From sequence record MZ375237.1: DNA of 39,218 nt. The stretch is one strand, 5' to 3'. A program made the position numbers and the translations under genes. The notes beneath the pieces were generated by a model that was not told where the DNA came from, searched no databases, and saw nothing but the letters and a program-made list of their open reading frames with translations. This document shows positions 8,439-19,521 of this stretch, in pieces. Every line of letters begins with the position of its first letter. Position 1 is the stretch's first letter. The stretch is from Escherichia phage T7.

Positions 8439-9137
8439 ATGGCTAAGAAGATTTTCACCTCTGCGCTGGGTACCGCTGAACCTTACGCTTACATCGCCAA
8501 GCCGGACTACGGCAACGAAGAGCGTGGCTTTGGGAACCCTCGTGGTGTCTATAAAGTTGACCTGACTATTCCCAACAAAGACCCGCGCTGCCAGCGTATG
8601 GTCGATGAAATCGTGAAGTGTCACGAAGAGGCTTATGCTGCTGCCGTTGAGGAATACGAAGCTAATCCACCTGCTGTAGCTCGTGGTAAGAAACCGCTGA
8701 AACCGTATGAGGGTGACATGCCGTTCTTCGATAACGGTGACGGTACGACTACCTTTAAGTTCAAATGCTACGCGTCTTTCCAAGACAAGAAGACCAAAGA
8801 GACCAAGCACATCAATCTGGTTGTGGTTGACTCAAAAGGTAAGAAGATGGAAGACGTTCCGATTATCGGTGGTGGCTCTAAGCTGAAAGTTAAATATTCT
8901 CTGGTTCCATACAAGTGGAACACTGCTGTAGGTGCGAGCGTTAAGCTGCAACTGGAATCCGTGATGCTGGTCGAACTGGCTACCTTTGGTGGCGGTGAAG
9001 ACGATTGGGCTGACGAAGTTGAAGAGAACGGCTATGTTGCCTCTGGTTCTGCCAAAGCGAGCAAACCACGCGACGAAGAAAGCTGGGACGAAGACGACGA
9101 AGAGTCCGAGGAAGCAGACGAAGACGGAGACTTCTAA
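8439..9137 (+). CDS. 2.5: Gene 2.5, ssDNA-binding protein
   Basis: 232-aa ORF with acidic C-terminal tail DEDDEESEEADEDGDF. Confidence 0.95.
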   Translation: MAKKIFTSALGTAEPYAYIAKPDYGNEERGFGNPRGVYKVDLTIPNKDPRCQRMVDEIVKCHEEAYAAAVEEYEANPPAVARGKKPLKPYEGDMPFFDNGDGTTTFKFKCYASFQDKKTKETKHINLVVVDSKGKKMEDVPIIGGGSKLKVKYSLVPYKWNTAVGASVKLQLESVMLVELATFGGGEDDWADEVEENGYVASGSAKASKPRDEESWDEDDEESEEADEDGDF

Positions 9138-9557
9138 GTGGAACTGCGGGAGAAAATCCTTGAGCGAATCAAGGTGACTTCCTCTGGGTGTTGGGAGTGG
9201 CAGGGCGCTACGAACAATAAAGGGTACGGGCAGGTGTGGTGCAGCAATACCGGAAAGGTTGTCTACTGTCATCGCGTAATGTCTAATGCTCCGAAAGGTT
9301 CTACCGTCCTGCACTCCTGTGATAATCCATTATGTTGTAACCCTGAACACCGTTCCATAGGAACTCCAAAAGAGAACTCCACTGACATGGTAAATAAGGG
9401 TCGCTCACACAAGGGGTATAAACTTTCAGACGAAGACGTAATGGCAATCATGGAGTCCAGCGAGTCCAATGTATCCTTAGCTCGCACCTATGGTGTCTCC
9501 CAACAGACTATTTGTGATATACGCAAAGGGAGGCGACATGGCAGGTTACGGCGCTAA
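9138..9557 (+). CDS. 2.8: Gene 2.8, HNH-endonuclease-like protein (GTG start)
   Basis: HNH-type motif HSCDNPLCCNPEH; clear paralog of gene 7.7. Confidence 0.85.
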   Translation: MELREKILERIKVTSSGCWEWQGATNNKGYGQVWCSNTGKVVYCHRVMSNAPKGSTVLHSCDNPLCCNPEHRSIGTPKENSTDMVNKGRSHKGYKLSDEDVMAIMESSESNVSLARTYGVSQQTICDIRKGRRHGRLRR

Positions 9558-9987
9558 AGGAATCCGAAAGGTTGGAGCGTTTCGCTCTGGCCTAGAGGAC
9601 AAGGTTTCAAAGCAGTTGGAATCAAAAGGTATTAAATTCGAGTATGAAGAGTGGAAAGTGCCTTATGTAATTCCGGCGAGCAATCACACTTACACTCCAG
9701 ACTTCTTACTTCCAAACGGTATATTCGTTGAGACAAAGGGTCTGTGGGAAAGCGATGATAGAAAGAAGCACTTATTAATTAGGGAGCAGCACCCCGAGCT
9801 AGACATCCGTATTGTCTTCTCAAGCTCACGTACTAAGTTATACAAAGGTTCTCCAACGTCTTATGGAGAGTTCTGCGAAAAGCATGGTATTAAGTTCGCT
9901 GATAAACTGATACCTGCTGAGTGGATAAAGGAACCCAAGAAGGAGGTCCCCTTTGATAGATTAAAAAGGAAAGGAGGAAAGAAATAA
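9538..9987 (+). CDS. 3: Gene 3, endonuclease I (junction-resolving)
   Basis: 149-aa MAGYGAKGIRKVGAFRSGLEDKVSKQLESKGIKFEYEE...; start 48 nt inside the longer track ORF. Confidence 0.9.
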   Translation: MAGYGAKGIRKVGAFRSGLEDKVSKQLESKGIKFEYEEWKVPYVIPASNHTYTPDFLLPNGIFVETKGLWESDDRKKHLLIREQHPELDIRIVFSSSRTKLYKGSPTSYGEFCEKHGIKFADKLIPAEWIKEPKKEVPFDRLKRKGGKK

Positions 9988-10442
9988 TGGCTCGTGTACA
10001 GTTTAAACAACGTGAATCTACTGACGCAATCTTTGTTCACTGCTCGGCTACCAAGCCAAGTCAGAATGTTGGTGTCCGTGAGATTCGCCAGTGGCACAAA
10101 GAGCAGGGTTGGCTCGATGTGGGATACCACTTTATCATCAAGCGAGACGGTACTGTGGAGGCAGGACGAGATGAGATGGCTGTAGGCTCTCACGCTAAGG
10201 GTTACAACCACAACTCTATCGGCGTCTGCCTTGTTGGTGGTATCGACGATAAAGGTAAGTTCGACGCTAACTTTACGCCAGCCCAAATGCAATCCCTTCG
10301 CTCACTGCTTGTCACACTGCTGGCTAAGTACGAAGGCGCTGTGCTTCGCGCCCATCATGAGGTGGCGCCGAAGGCTTGCCCTTCGTTCGACCTTAAGCGT
10401 TGGTGGGAGAAGAACGAACTGGTCACTTCTGACCGTGGATAA
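9987..10442 (+). CDS. 3.5: Gene 3.5, lysozyme (amidase) and RNA polymerase inhibitor
   Basis: 151-aa MARVQFKQRESTDAIFVHCSATKPSQNVGVREIRQWHKEQGWLDVGYHFII... Confidence 0.95.
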   Translation: MARVQFKQRESTDAIFVHCSATKPSQNVGVREIRQWHKEQGWLDVGYHFIIKRDGTVEAGRDEMAVGSHAKGYNHNSIGVCLVGGIDDKGKFDANFTPAQMQSLRSLLVTLLAKYEGAVLRAHHEVAPKACPSFDLKRWWEKNELVTSDRG

Positions 10443-10443
10443 T

Positions 10444-10466
10444 TAATTGAACTCACTAAAGGGAGA
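10444..10466 (+). promoter_or_regulatory. T7 promoter phi3.8 (+1 at 10461)
   Basis: taattgaactcactaaagggaga, weaker-consensus class II promoter. Confidence 0.8.
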
Positions 10467-10505
10467 CCACAGCGGTTTCCCTTTGTTCGCATTGGAGGTC
10501 AAATA

Positions 10506-12604
<2,099 letters not shown>

Positions 12605-12607
<3 letters not shown>

Positions 12608-12627
12608 TACGACTCACTAAAGGAGAC
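12605..12627 (+). promoter_or_regulatory. T7 promoter phi4.3 (+1 at 12622)
   Basis: taatacgactcactaaaggagaca. Confidence 0.88.
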
Positions 12628-12632
12628 ACACC

Positions 12633-12845
12633 ATGTTCAAACTGATTAAGAAGTTAGGCCAACTGCTGGTTCGTATGTACAACGTGGAAGCCAAGCGACT
12701 GAACGATGAGGCTCGTAAAGAGGCCACACAGTCACGCGCTCTGGCGATTCGCTCCAACGAACTGGCTGACAGTGCATCCACTAAAGTTACCGAGGCTGCC
12801 CGTGTGGCAAACCAAGCTCAACAGCTTTCCAAATTCTTTGAGTAA
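12633..12845 (+). CDS. 4.3: Gene 4.3, unknown function
   Basis: 70-aa ORF MFKLIKKLGQLLVRMYNVEAK... Confidence 0.85.
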   Translation: MFKLIKKLGQLLVRMYNVEAKRLNDEARKEATQSRALAIRSNELADSASTKVTEAARVANQAQQLSKFFE

Positions 12846-12864
12846 TCAAACAGGAGAAACCATT

Positions 12865-13134
12865 ATGTCTAACGTAGCTGAAACTATCCGTCTATCCGAT
12901 ACAGCTGACCAGTGGAACCGTCGAGTCCACATCAACGTTCGCAACGGTAAGGCGACTATGGTTTACCGCTGGAAGGACTCTAAGTCCTCTAAGAATCACA
13001 CTCAGCGTATGACGTTGACAGATGAGCAAGCACTGCGTCTGGTCAATGCGCTTACCAAAGCTGCCGTGACAGCAATTCATGAAGCTGGTCGCGTCAATGA
13101 AGCTATGGCTATCCTCGACAAGATTGATAACTAA
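12865..13134 (+). CDS. 4.5: Gene 4.5, unknown function
   Basis: 89-aa MSNVAETIRLSDTADQWNRRVHINVRNGKATMVYRW... behind caggaga RBS. Confidence 0.85.
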   Translation: MSNVAETIRLSDTADQWNRRVHINVRNGKATMVYRWKDSKSSKNHTQRMTLTDEQALRLVNALTKAAVTAIHEAGRVNEAMAILDKIDN

Positions 13135-13140
13135 GAGTGG

Positions 13141-13178
13141 TATCCTCAAGGTCGCCAAAGTGGTGGCCTTCATGAATA
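13141..13178 (+). promoter_or_regulatory. RNase III site R4.7
   Basis: ctcaaggtcgccaaagtggtggccttcatg hairpin. Confidence 0.65.
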
Positions 13179-13201
13179 CTATTCGACTCACTATAGGAGA
13201 T
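13179..13201 (+). promoter_or_regulatory. T7 promoter phi4.7 (+1 at 13196)
   Basis: ctattcgactcactataggaga. Confidence 0.8.
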
Positions 13202-13207
13202 ATTACC

Positions 13208-13615
13208 ATGCGTGACCCTAAAGTTATCCAAGCAGAAATCGCTAAACTGGAAGCTGAACTGGAGGACGTTAAGTACCATGAAGCTAAGACTCGCTCCGCT
13301 GTTCACATCTTGAAGAACTTAGGCTGGACTTGGACAAGACAGACTGGCTGGAAGAAACCAGAAGTTACCAAGCTGAGTCATAAGGTGTTCGATAAGGACA
13401 CTATGACCCACATCAAGGCTGGTGATTGGGTTAAGGTTGACATGGGAGTTGTTGGTGGATACGGCTACGTCCGCTCAGTTAGTGGCAAATATGCACAAGT
13501 GTCATACATCACAGGTGTTACTCCACGCGGTGCAATCGTTGCCGATAAGACCAACATGATTCACACAGGTTTCTTGACAGTTGTTTCATATGAAGAGATT
13601 GTTAAGTCACGATAA
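13208..13615 (+). CDS. 4.7: Gene 4.7, unknown function
   Basis: 135-aa MRDPKVIQAEIAKLEAELEDVKYHEAKTRS... Confidence 0.85.
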   Translation: MRDPKVIQAEIAKLEAELEDVKYHEAKTRSAVHILKNLGWTWTRQTGWKKPEVTKLSHKVFDKDTMTHIKAGDWVKVDMGVVGGYGYVRSVSGKYAQVSYITGVTPRGAIVADKTNMIHTGFLTVVSYEEIVKSR

Positions 13616-13633
13616 TCAATAGGAGAAATCAAT

Positions 13634-15748
13634 ATGATCGTTTCTGACATCGAAGCTAACGCCCTCTTAGAGAGCGTCACTAAGTTCCACTGCGGGGTTA
13701 TCTACGACTACTCCACCGCTGAGTACGTAAGCTACCGTCCGAGTGACTTCGGTGCGTATCTGGATGCGCTGGAAGCCGAGGTTGCACGAGGCGGTCTTAT
13801 TGTGTTCCACAACGGTCACAAGTATGACGTTCCTGCATTGACCAAACTGGCAAAGTTGCAATTGAACCGAGAGTTCCACCTTCCTCGTGAGAACTGTATT
13901 GACACCCTTGTGTTGTCACGTTTGATTCATTCCAACCTCAAGGACACCGATATGGGTCTTCTGCGTTCCGGCAAGTTGCCCGGAAAACGCTTTGGGTCTC
14001 ACGCTTTGGAGGCGTGGGGTTATCGCTTAGGCGAGATGAAGGGTGAATACAAAGACGACTTTAAGCGTATGCTTGAAGAGCAGGGTGAAGAATACGTTGA
14101 CGGAATGGAGTGGTGGAACTTCAACGAAGAGATGATGGACTATAACGTTCAGGACGTTGTGGTAACTAAAGCTCTCCTTGAGAAGCTACTCTCTGACAAA
14201 CATTACTTCCCTCCTGAGATTGACTTTACGGACGTAGGATACACTACGTTCTGGTCAGAATCCCTTGAGGCCGTTGACATTGAACATCGTGCTGCATGGC
14301 TGCTCGCTAAACAAGAGCGCAACGGGTTCCCGTTTGACACAAAAGCAATCGAAGAGTTGTACGTAGAGTTAGCTGCTCGCCGCTCTGAGTTGCTCCGTAA
14401 ATTGACCGAAACGTTCGGCTCGTGGTATCAGCCTAAAGGTGGCACTGAGATGTTCTGCCATCCGCGAACAGGTAAGCCACTACCTAAATACCCTCGCATT
14501 AAGACACCTAAAGTTGGTGGTATCTTTAAGAAGCCTAAGAACAAGGCACAGCGAGAAGGCCGTGAGCCTTGCGAACTTGATACCCGCGAGTACGTTGCTG
14601 GTGCTCCTTACACCCCAGTTGAACATGTTGTGTTTAACCCTTCGTCTCGTGACCACATTCAGAAGAAACTCCAAGAGGCTGGGTGGGTCCCGACCAAGTA
14701 CACCGATAAGGGTGCTCCTGTGGTGGACGATGAGGTACTCGAAGGAGTACGTGTAGATGACCCTGAGAAGCAAGCCGCTATCGACCTCATTAAAGAGTAC
14801 TTGATGATTCAGAAGCGAATCGGACAGTCTGCTGAGGGAGACAAAGCATGGCTTCGTTATGTTGCTGAGGATGGTAAGATTCATGGTTCTGTTAACCCTA
14901 ATGGAGCAGTTACGGGTCGTGCGACCCATGCGTTCCCAAACCTTGCGCAAATTCCGGGTGTACGTTCTCCTTATGGAGAGCAGTGTCGCGCTGCTTTTGG
15001 CGCTGAGCACCATTTGGATGGGATAACTGGTAAGCCTTGGGTTCAGGCTGGCATCGACGCATCCGGTCTTGAGCTACGCTGCTTGGCTCACTTCATGGCT
15101 CGCTTTGATAACGGCGAGTACGCTCACGAGATTCTTAACGGCGACATCCACACTAAGAACCAGATAGCTGCTGAACTACCTACCCGAGATAACGCTAAGA
15201 CGTTCATCTATGGGTTCCTCTATGGTGCTGGTGATGAGAAGATTGGACAGATTGTTGGTGCTGGTAAAGAGCGCGGTAAGGAACTCAAGAAGAAATTCCT
15301 TGAGAACACCCCCGCGATTGCAGCACTCCACGAGTCTATCCAACAGACACTTGTCGAGTCCTCTCAATGGGTAGCTGGTGAGCAACAAGTCAAGTGGAAA
15401 CGCCGCTGGATTAAAGGTCTGGATGGTCGTAAGGTACACGTTCGTAGTCCTCACGCTGCCTTGAATACCCTACTGCAATCTGCTGGTGCTCTCATCTGCA
15501 AACTGTGGATTATCAAGACCGAAGAGATGCTCGTAGAGAAAGGCTTGAAGCATGGCTGGGATGGGGACTTTGCGTACATGGCATGGGTACATGATGAAAT
15601 CCAAGTAGGCTGCCGTACCGAAGAGATTGCTCAGGTGGTCATTGAGACCGCACAAGAAGCGATGCGCTGGGTTGGAGACCACTGGAACTTCCGGTGTCTT
15701 CTGGATACCGAAGGTAAGATGGGTCCTAATTGGGCGATTTGCCACTGA
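13634..15748 (+). CDS. 5: Gene 5, DNA polymerase
   Basis: 704-aa [26 protein letters not shown]...; Pol I family with exonuclease motif at N-terminus. Confidence 0.97.
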   Translation: MIVSDIEANALLESVTKFHCGVIYDYSTAEYVSYRPSDFGAYLDALEAEVARGGLIVFHNGHKYDVPALTKLAKLQLNREFHLPRENCIDTLVLSRLIHSNLKDTDMGLLRSGKLPGKRFGSHALEAWGYRLGEMKGEYKDDFKRMLEEQGEEYVDGMEWWNFNEEMMDYNVQDVVVTKALLEKLLSDKHYFPPEIDFTDVGYTTFWSESLEAVDIEHRAAWLLAKQERNGFPFDTKAIEELYVELAARRSELLRKLTETFGSWYQPKGGTEMFCHPRTGKPLPKYPRIKTPKVGGIFKKPKNKAQREGREPCELDTREYVAGAPYTPVEHVVFNPSSRDHIQKKLQEAGWVPTKYTDKGAPVVDDEVLEGVRVDDPEKQAAIDLIKEYLMIQKRIGQSAEGDKAWLRYVAEDGKIHGSVNPNGAVTGRATHAFPNLAQIPGVRSPYGEQCRAAFGAEHHLDGITGKPWVQAGIDASGLELRCLAHFMARFDNGEYAHEILNGDIHTKNQIAAELPTRDNAKTFIYGFLYGAGDEKIGQIVGAGKERGKELKKKFLENTPAIAALHESIQQTLVESSQWVAGEQQVKWKRRWIKGLDGRKVHVRSPHAALNTLLQSAGALICKLWIIKTEEMLVEKGLKHGWDGDFAYMAWVHDEIQVGCRTEEIAQVVIETAQEAMRWVGDHWNFRCLLDTEGKMGPNWAICH

Positions 15749-15763
15749 TACAGGAGGCTACTC

Positions 15764-16120
15764 ATGAACGAAAGACACTTAACAGGTGCTGCTTCTGAAA
15801 TGCTAGTAGCCTACAAATTTACCAAAGCTGGGTACACTGTCTATTACCCTATGCTGACTCAGAGTAAAGAGGACTTGGTTGTATGTAAGGATGGTAAATT
15901 TAGTAAGGTTCAGGTTAAAACAGCCACAACGGTTCAAACCAACACAGGAGATGCCAAGCAGGTTAGGCTAGGTGGATGCGGTAGGTCCGAATATAAGGAT
16001 GGAGACTTTGACATTCTTGCGGTTGTGGTTGACGAAGATGTGCTTATTTTCACATGGGACGAAGTAAAAGGTAAGACATCCATGTGTGTCGGCAAGAGAA
16101 ACAAAGGCATAAAACTATAG
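15764..16120 (+). CDS. 5.3: Gene 5.3, unknown function
   Basis: 118-aa ORF MNERHLTGAASEMLVAYKFTKAGYTVYYP... Confidence 0.85.
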   Translation: MNERHLTGAASEMLVAYKFTKAGYTVYYPMLTQSKEDLVVCKDGKFSKVQVKTATTVQTNTGDAKQVRLGGCGRSEYKDGDFDILAVVVDEDVLIFTWDEVKGKTSMCVGKRNKGIKL

Positions 16121-16131
16121 GAGAAATTATT

Positions 16132-16431
16132 ATGGCTATGACAAAGAAATTTAAAGTGTCCTTCGACGTTACCGCAAAGATGTCGTCTGACGTTCAGGCA
16201 ATCTTAGAGAAAGATATGCTGCATCTATGTAAGCAGGTCGGCTCAGGTGCGATTGTCCCCAATGGTAAACAGAAGGAAATGATTGTCCAGTTCCTGACAC
16301 ACGGTATGGAAGGATTGATGACATTCGTAGTACGTACATCATTTCGTGAGGCCATTAAGGACATGCACGAAGAGTATGCAGATAAGGACTCTTTCAAACA
16401 ATCTCCTGCAACAGTACGGGAGGTGTTCTGA
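16132..16431 (+). CDS. 5.5: Gene 5.5, H-NS-binding protein
   Basis: 99-aa MAMTKKFKVSFDVTAKMSSDVQAILEKDMLH... Confidence 0.85.
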   Translation: MAMTKKFKVSFDVTAKMSSDVQAILEKDMLHLCKQVGSGAIVPNGKQKEMIVQFLTHGMEGLMTFVVRTSFREAIKDMHEEYADKDSFKQSPATVREVF

Positions 16432-16640
16432 TGTCTGACTACCTGAAAGTGCTGCAAGCAATCAAAAGTTGCCCTAAGACTTTCCAGTCCAACTATGTAC
16501 GGAACAATGCGAGCCTCGTAGCGGAGGCCGCTTCCCGTGGTCACATCTCGTGCCTGACTACTAGTGGACGTAACGGTGGCGCTTGGGAAATCACTGCTTC
16601 CGGTACTCGCTTTCTGAAACGAATGGGAGGATGTGTCTAA
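16431..16640 (+). CDS. 5.7: Gene 5.7, unknown function
   Basis: 69-aa ORF; ATGA overlap with 5.5. Confidence 0.85.
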   Translation: MSDYLKVLQAIKSCPKTFQSNYVRNNASLVAEAASRGHISCLTTSGRNGGAWEITASGTRFLKRMGGCV

Positions 16641-16798
16641 TGTCTCGTGACCTTGTGACTATTCCACGCGATGTGTGGAACGATATACAGGGCTACATCG
16701 ACTCTCTGGAACGTGAGAACGATAGCCTTAAGAATCAACTAATGGAAGCTGACGAATACGTAGCGGAACTAGAGGAGAAACTTAATGGCACTTCTTGA
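16640..16798 (+). CDS. 5.9: Gene 5.9, RecBCD inhibitor
   Basis: 52-aa MSRDLVTIPRDVWNDIQGYIDSLERENDSLKNQLMEADEYVAELEEKLNGTS. Confidence 0.82.
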   Translation: MSRDLVTIPRDVWNDIQGYIDSLERENDSLKNQLMEADEYVAELEEKLNGTS

Positions 16799-17687
16799 CC
16801 TTAAACAATTCTATGAGTTACGTGAAGGCTGCGACGACAAGGGTATCCTTGTGATGGACGGCGACTGGCTGGTCTTCCAAGCTATGAGTGCTGCTGAGTT
16901 TGATGCCTCTTGGGAGGAAGAGATTTGGCACCGATGCTGTGACCACGCTAAGGCCCGTCAGATTCTTGAGGATTCCATTAAGTCCTACGAGACCCGTAAG
17001 AAGGCTTGGGCAGGTGCTCCAATTGTCCTTGCGTTCACCGATAGTGTTAACTGGCGTAAAGAACTGGTTGACCCGAACTATAAGGCTAACCGTAAGGCCG
17101 TGAAGAAACCTGTAGGGTACTTTGAGTTCCTTGATGCTCTCTTTGAGCGCGAAGAGTTCTATTGCATCCGTGAGCCTATGCTTGAGGGTGATGACGTTAT
17201 GGGAGTTATTGCTTCCAATCCGTCTGCCTTCGGTGCTCGTAAGGCTGTAATCATCTCTTGCGATAAGGACTTTAAGACCATCCCTAACTGTGACTTCCTG
17301 TGGTGTACCACTGGTAACATCCTGACTCAGACCGAAGAGTCCGCTGACTGGTGGCACCTCTTCCAGACCATCAAGGGTGACATCACTGATGGTTACTCAG
17401 GGATTGCTGGATGGGGTGATACCGCCGAGGACTTCTTGAATAACCCGTTCATAACCGAGCCTAAAACGTCTGTGCTTAAGTCCGGTAAGAACAAAGGCCA
17501 AGAGGTTACTAAATGGGTTAAACGCGACCCTGAGCCTCATGAGACGCTTTGGGACTGCATTAAGTCCATTGGCGCGAAGGCTGGTATGACCGAAGAGGAT
17601 ATTATCAAGCAGGGCCAAATGGCTCGAATCCTACGGTTCAACGAGTACAACTTTATTGACAAGGAGATTTACCTGTGGAGACCGTAG
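16785..17687 (+). CDS. 6: Gene 6, 5'-3' exonuclease
   Basis: 300-aa MALLDLKQFYELREGCDDKGILVMDGDWLVFQAMSAAEFD... Confidence 0.95.
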   Translation: MALLDLKQFYELREGCDDKGILVMDGDWLVFQAMSAAEFDASWEEEIWHRCCDHAKARQILEDSIKSYETRKKAWAGAPIVLAFTDSVNWRKELVDPNYKANRKAVKKPVGYFEFLDALFEREEFYCIREPMLEGDDVMGVIASNPSAFGARKAVIISCDKDFKTIPNCDFLWCTTGNILTQTEESADWWHLFQTIKGDITDGYSGIAGWGDTAEDFLNNPFITEPKTSVLKSGKNKGQEVTKWVKRDPEPHETLWDCIKSIGAKAGMTEEDIIKQGQMARILRFNEYNFIDKEIYLWRP

Positions 17688-17788
17688 CGTATATTGGTCT
17701 GGGTCTTTGTGTTCTCGGAGTGTGCCTCATTTCGTGGGGCCTTTGGGACTTAGCCAGAATAATCAAGTCGTTACACGACACTAAGTGA
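17675..17788 (+). CDS. 6.3: Gene 6.3, small hydrophobic protein (GTG start)
   Basis: 37-codon ORF VETVAYIGLGLCVLGVCLISWGLWDLARIIKSLHDTK overlapping gene 6 end. Confidence 0.65.
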   Translation: METVAYIGLGLCVLGVCLISWGLWDLARIIKSLHDTK

Positions 17789-17808
17789 TAAACTCAAGGT
17801 CCCTAAAT

Positions 17809-17831
17809 TAATACGACTCACTATAGGGAGA
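17809..17831 (+). promoter_or_regulatory. T7 promoter phi6.5 (+1 at 17826)
   Basis: taatacgactcactatagggagata, perfect class III consensus. Confidence 0.92.
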
Positions 17832-17885
17832 TAGGGGCCTTTACGATTATTACTTTAAGATTTAACTCTAAGAGGAATCTTTATT

Positions 17886-18140
17886 ATGTTAACACCTATT
17901 AACCAATTACTTAAGAACCCTAACGATATTCCAGATGTACCTCGTGCAACCGCTGAGTATCTACAGGTTCGATTCAACTATGCGTACCTCGAAGCGTCTG
18001 GTCATATAGGACTTATGCGTGCTAATGGTTGTAGTGAGGCCCACATCTTGGGTTTCATTCAGGGCCTACAGTATGCCTCTAACGTCATTGACGAGATTGA
18101 GTTACGCAAGGAACAACTAAGAGATGATGGGGAGGATTGA
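17886..18140 (+). CDS. 6.5: Gene 6.5, unknown function
   Basis: 84-aa [30 protein letters not shown]... Confidence 0.88.
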
Positions 18141-18144
18141 CACT

Positions 18145-18411
18145 ATGTGTTTCTCACCGAAAATTAAAACTCCGAAGATGGATACCAATCAGATTCGAGC
18201 CGTTGAGCCAGCGCCTCTGACCCAAGAAGTGTCAAGCGTGGAGTTCGGTGGGTCTTCTGATGAGACGGATACCGAGGGCACCGAAGTGTCTGGACGCAAA
18301 GGCCTCAAGGTCGAACGTGATGATTCCGTAGCGAAGTCTAAAGCCAGCGGCAATGGCTCCGCTCGTATGAAATCTTCCATCCGTAAGTCCGCATTTGGAG
18401 GTAAGAAGTGA
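18145..18411 (+). CDS. 6.7: Gene 6.7, virion protein
   Basis: 88-aa MCFSPKIKTPKMDTNQIRAVEPAPLTQEVSS... Confidence 0.85.
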   Translation: MCFSPKIKTPKMDTNQIRAVEPAPLTQEVSSVEFGGSSDETDTEGTEVSGRKGLKVERDDSVAKSKASGNGSARMKSSIRKSAFGGKK

Positions 18412-18812
18412 TGTCTGAGTTCACATGTGTGGAGGCTAAGAGTCGCTTCCGTGCAATCCGGTGGACTGTGGAACACCTTGGGTTGCCTAAAGGATTCGAA
18501 GGACACTTTGTGGGCTACAGCCTCTACGTAGACGAAGTGATGGACATGTCTGGTTGCCGTGAAGAGTACATTCTGGACTCTACCGGAAAACATGTAGCGT
18601 ACTTCGCGTGGTGCGTAAGCTGTGACATTCACCACAAAGGAGACATTCTGGATGTAACGTCCGTTGTCATTAATCCTGAGGCAGACTCTAAGGGCTTACA
18701 GCGATTCCTAGCGAAACGCTTTAAGTACCTTGCGGAACTCCACGATTGCGATTGGGTGTCTCGTTGTAAGCATGAAGGCGAGACAATGCGTGTATACTTT
18801 AAGGAGGTATAA
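18411..18812 (+). CDS. 7: Gene 7, virion/host-range protein
   Basis: 133-aa MSEFTCVEAKSRFRAIRWTVEHLGLPKGF...; overlaps 6.7 stop. Confidence 0.85.
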   Translation: MSEFTCVEAKSRFRAIRWTVEHLGLPKGFEGHFVGYSLYVDEVMDMSGCREEYILDSTGKHVAYFAWCVSCDIHHKGDILDVTSVVINPEADSKGLQRFLAKRFKYLAELHDCDWVSRCKHEGETMRVYFKEV

Positions 18813-18815
18813 GTT

Positions 18816-19115
18816 ATGGGTAAGAAAGTTAAGAAGGCCGTGAAGAAAGTCACCAAGTCCGTTAAGAAAGTCGTTAAGGAAGGGGCTCGTCCGGTTAAAC
18901 AGGTTGCTGGCGGTCTAGCTGGTCTGGCTGGTGGTACTGGTGAAGCACAGATGGTGGAAGTACCACAAGCTGCCGCACAGATTGTTGACGTACCTGAGAA
19001 AGAGGTTTCCACTGAGGACGAAGCACAGACAGAAAGCGGACGCAAGAAAGCTCGTGCTGGCGGTAAGAAATCCTTGAGTGTAGCCCATAGCTCCGGTGGC
19101 GGTATCAACATTTAA
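18816..19115 (+). CDS. 7.3: Gene 7.3, tail-associated protein
   Basis: 99-aa MGKKVKKAVKKVTKSVKKVVKEGARPVKQVAGGLAGLAGG..., lysine-rich. Confidence 0.88.
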   Translation: MGKKVKKAVKKVTKSVKKVVKEGARPVKQVAGGLAGLAGGTGEAQMVEVPQAAAQIVDVPEKEVSTEDEAQTESGRKKARAGGKKSLSVAHSSGGGINI

Positions 19116-19128
19116 TCAGGAGGTTATC

Positions 19129-19521
19129 GTGGAAGACTGCATTGAATGGACCGGAGGTGTCAACTCTAAGGGTTATGGTCGTAAGTGGGTTAATGGTAAA
19201 CTTGTGACTCCACATAGGCACATCTATGAGGAGACATATGGTCCAGTTCCAACAGGAATTGTGGTGATGCATATCTGCGATAACCCTAGGTGCTATAACA
19301 TAAAGCACCTTACGCTTGGAACTCCAAAGGATAATTCCGAGGACATGGTTACCAAAGGTAGACAGGCTAAAGGAGAGGAACTAAGCAAGAAACTTACAGA
19401 GTCAGACGTTCTCGCTATACGCTCTTCAACCTTAAGCCACCGCTCCTTAGGAGAACTGTATGGAGTCAGTCAATCAACCATAACGCGAATACTACAGCGT
19501 AAGACATGGAGACACATTTAA
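19129..19521 (+). CDS. 7.7: Gene 7.7, HNH-endonuclease-like protein (GTG start)
   Basis: HNH-type motif HICDNPRCYNIKH; paralog of 2.8. Confidence 0.8.
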   Translation: MEDCIEWTGGVNSKGYGRKWVNGKLVTPHRHIYEETYGPVPTGIVVMHICDNPRCYNIKHLTLGTPKDNSEDMVTKGRQAKGEELSKKLTESDVLAIRSSTLSHRSLGELYGVSQSTITRILQRKTWRHI

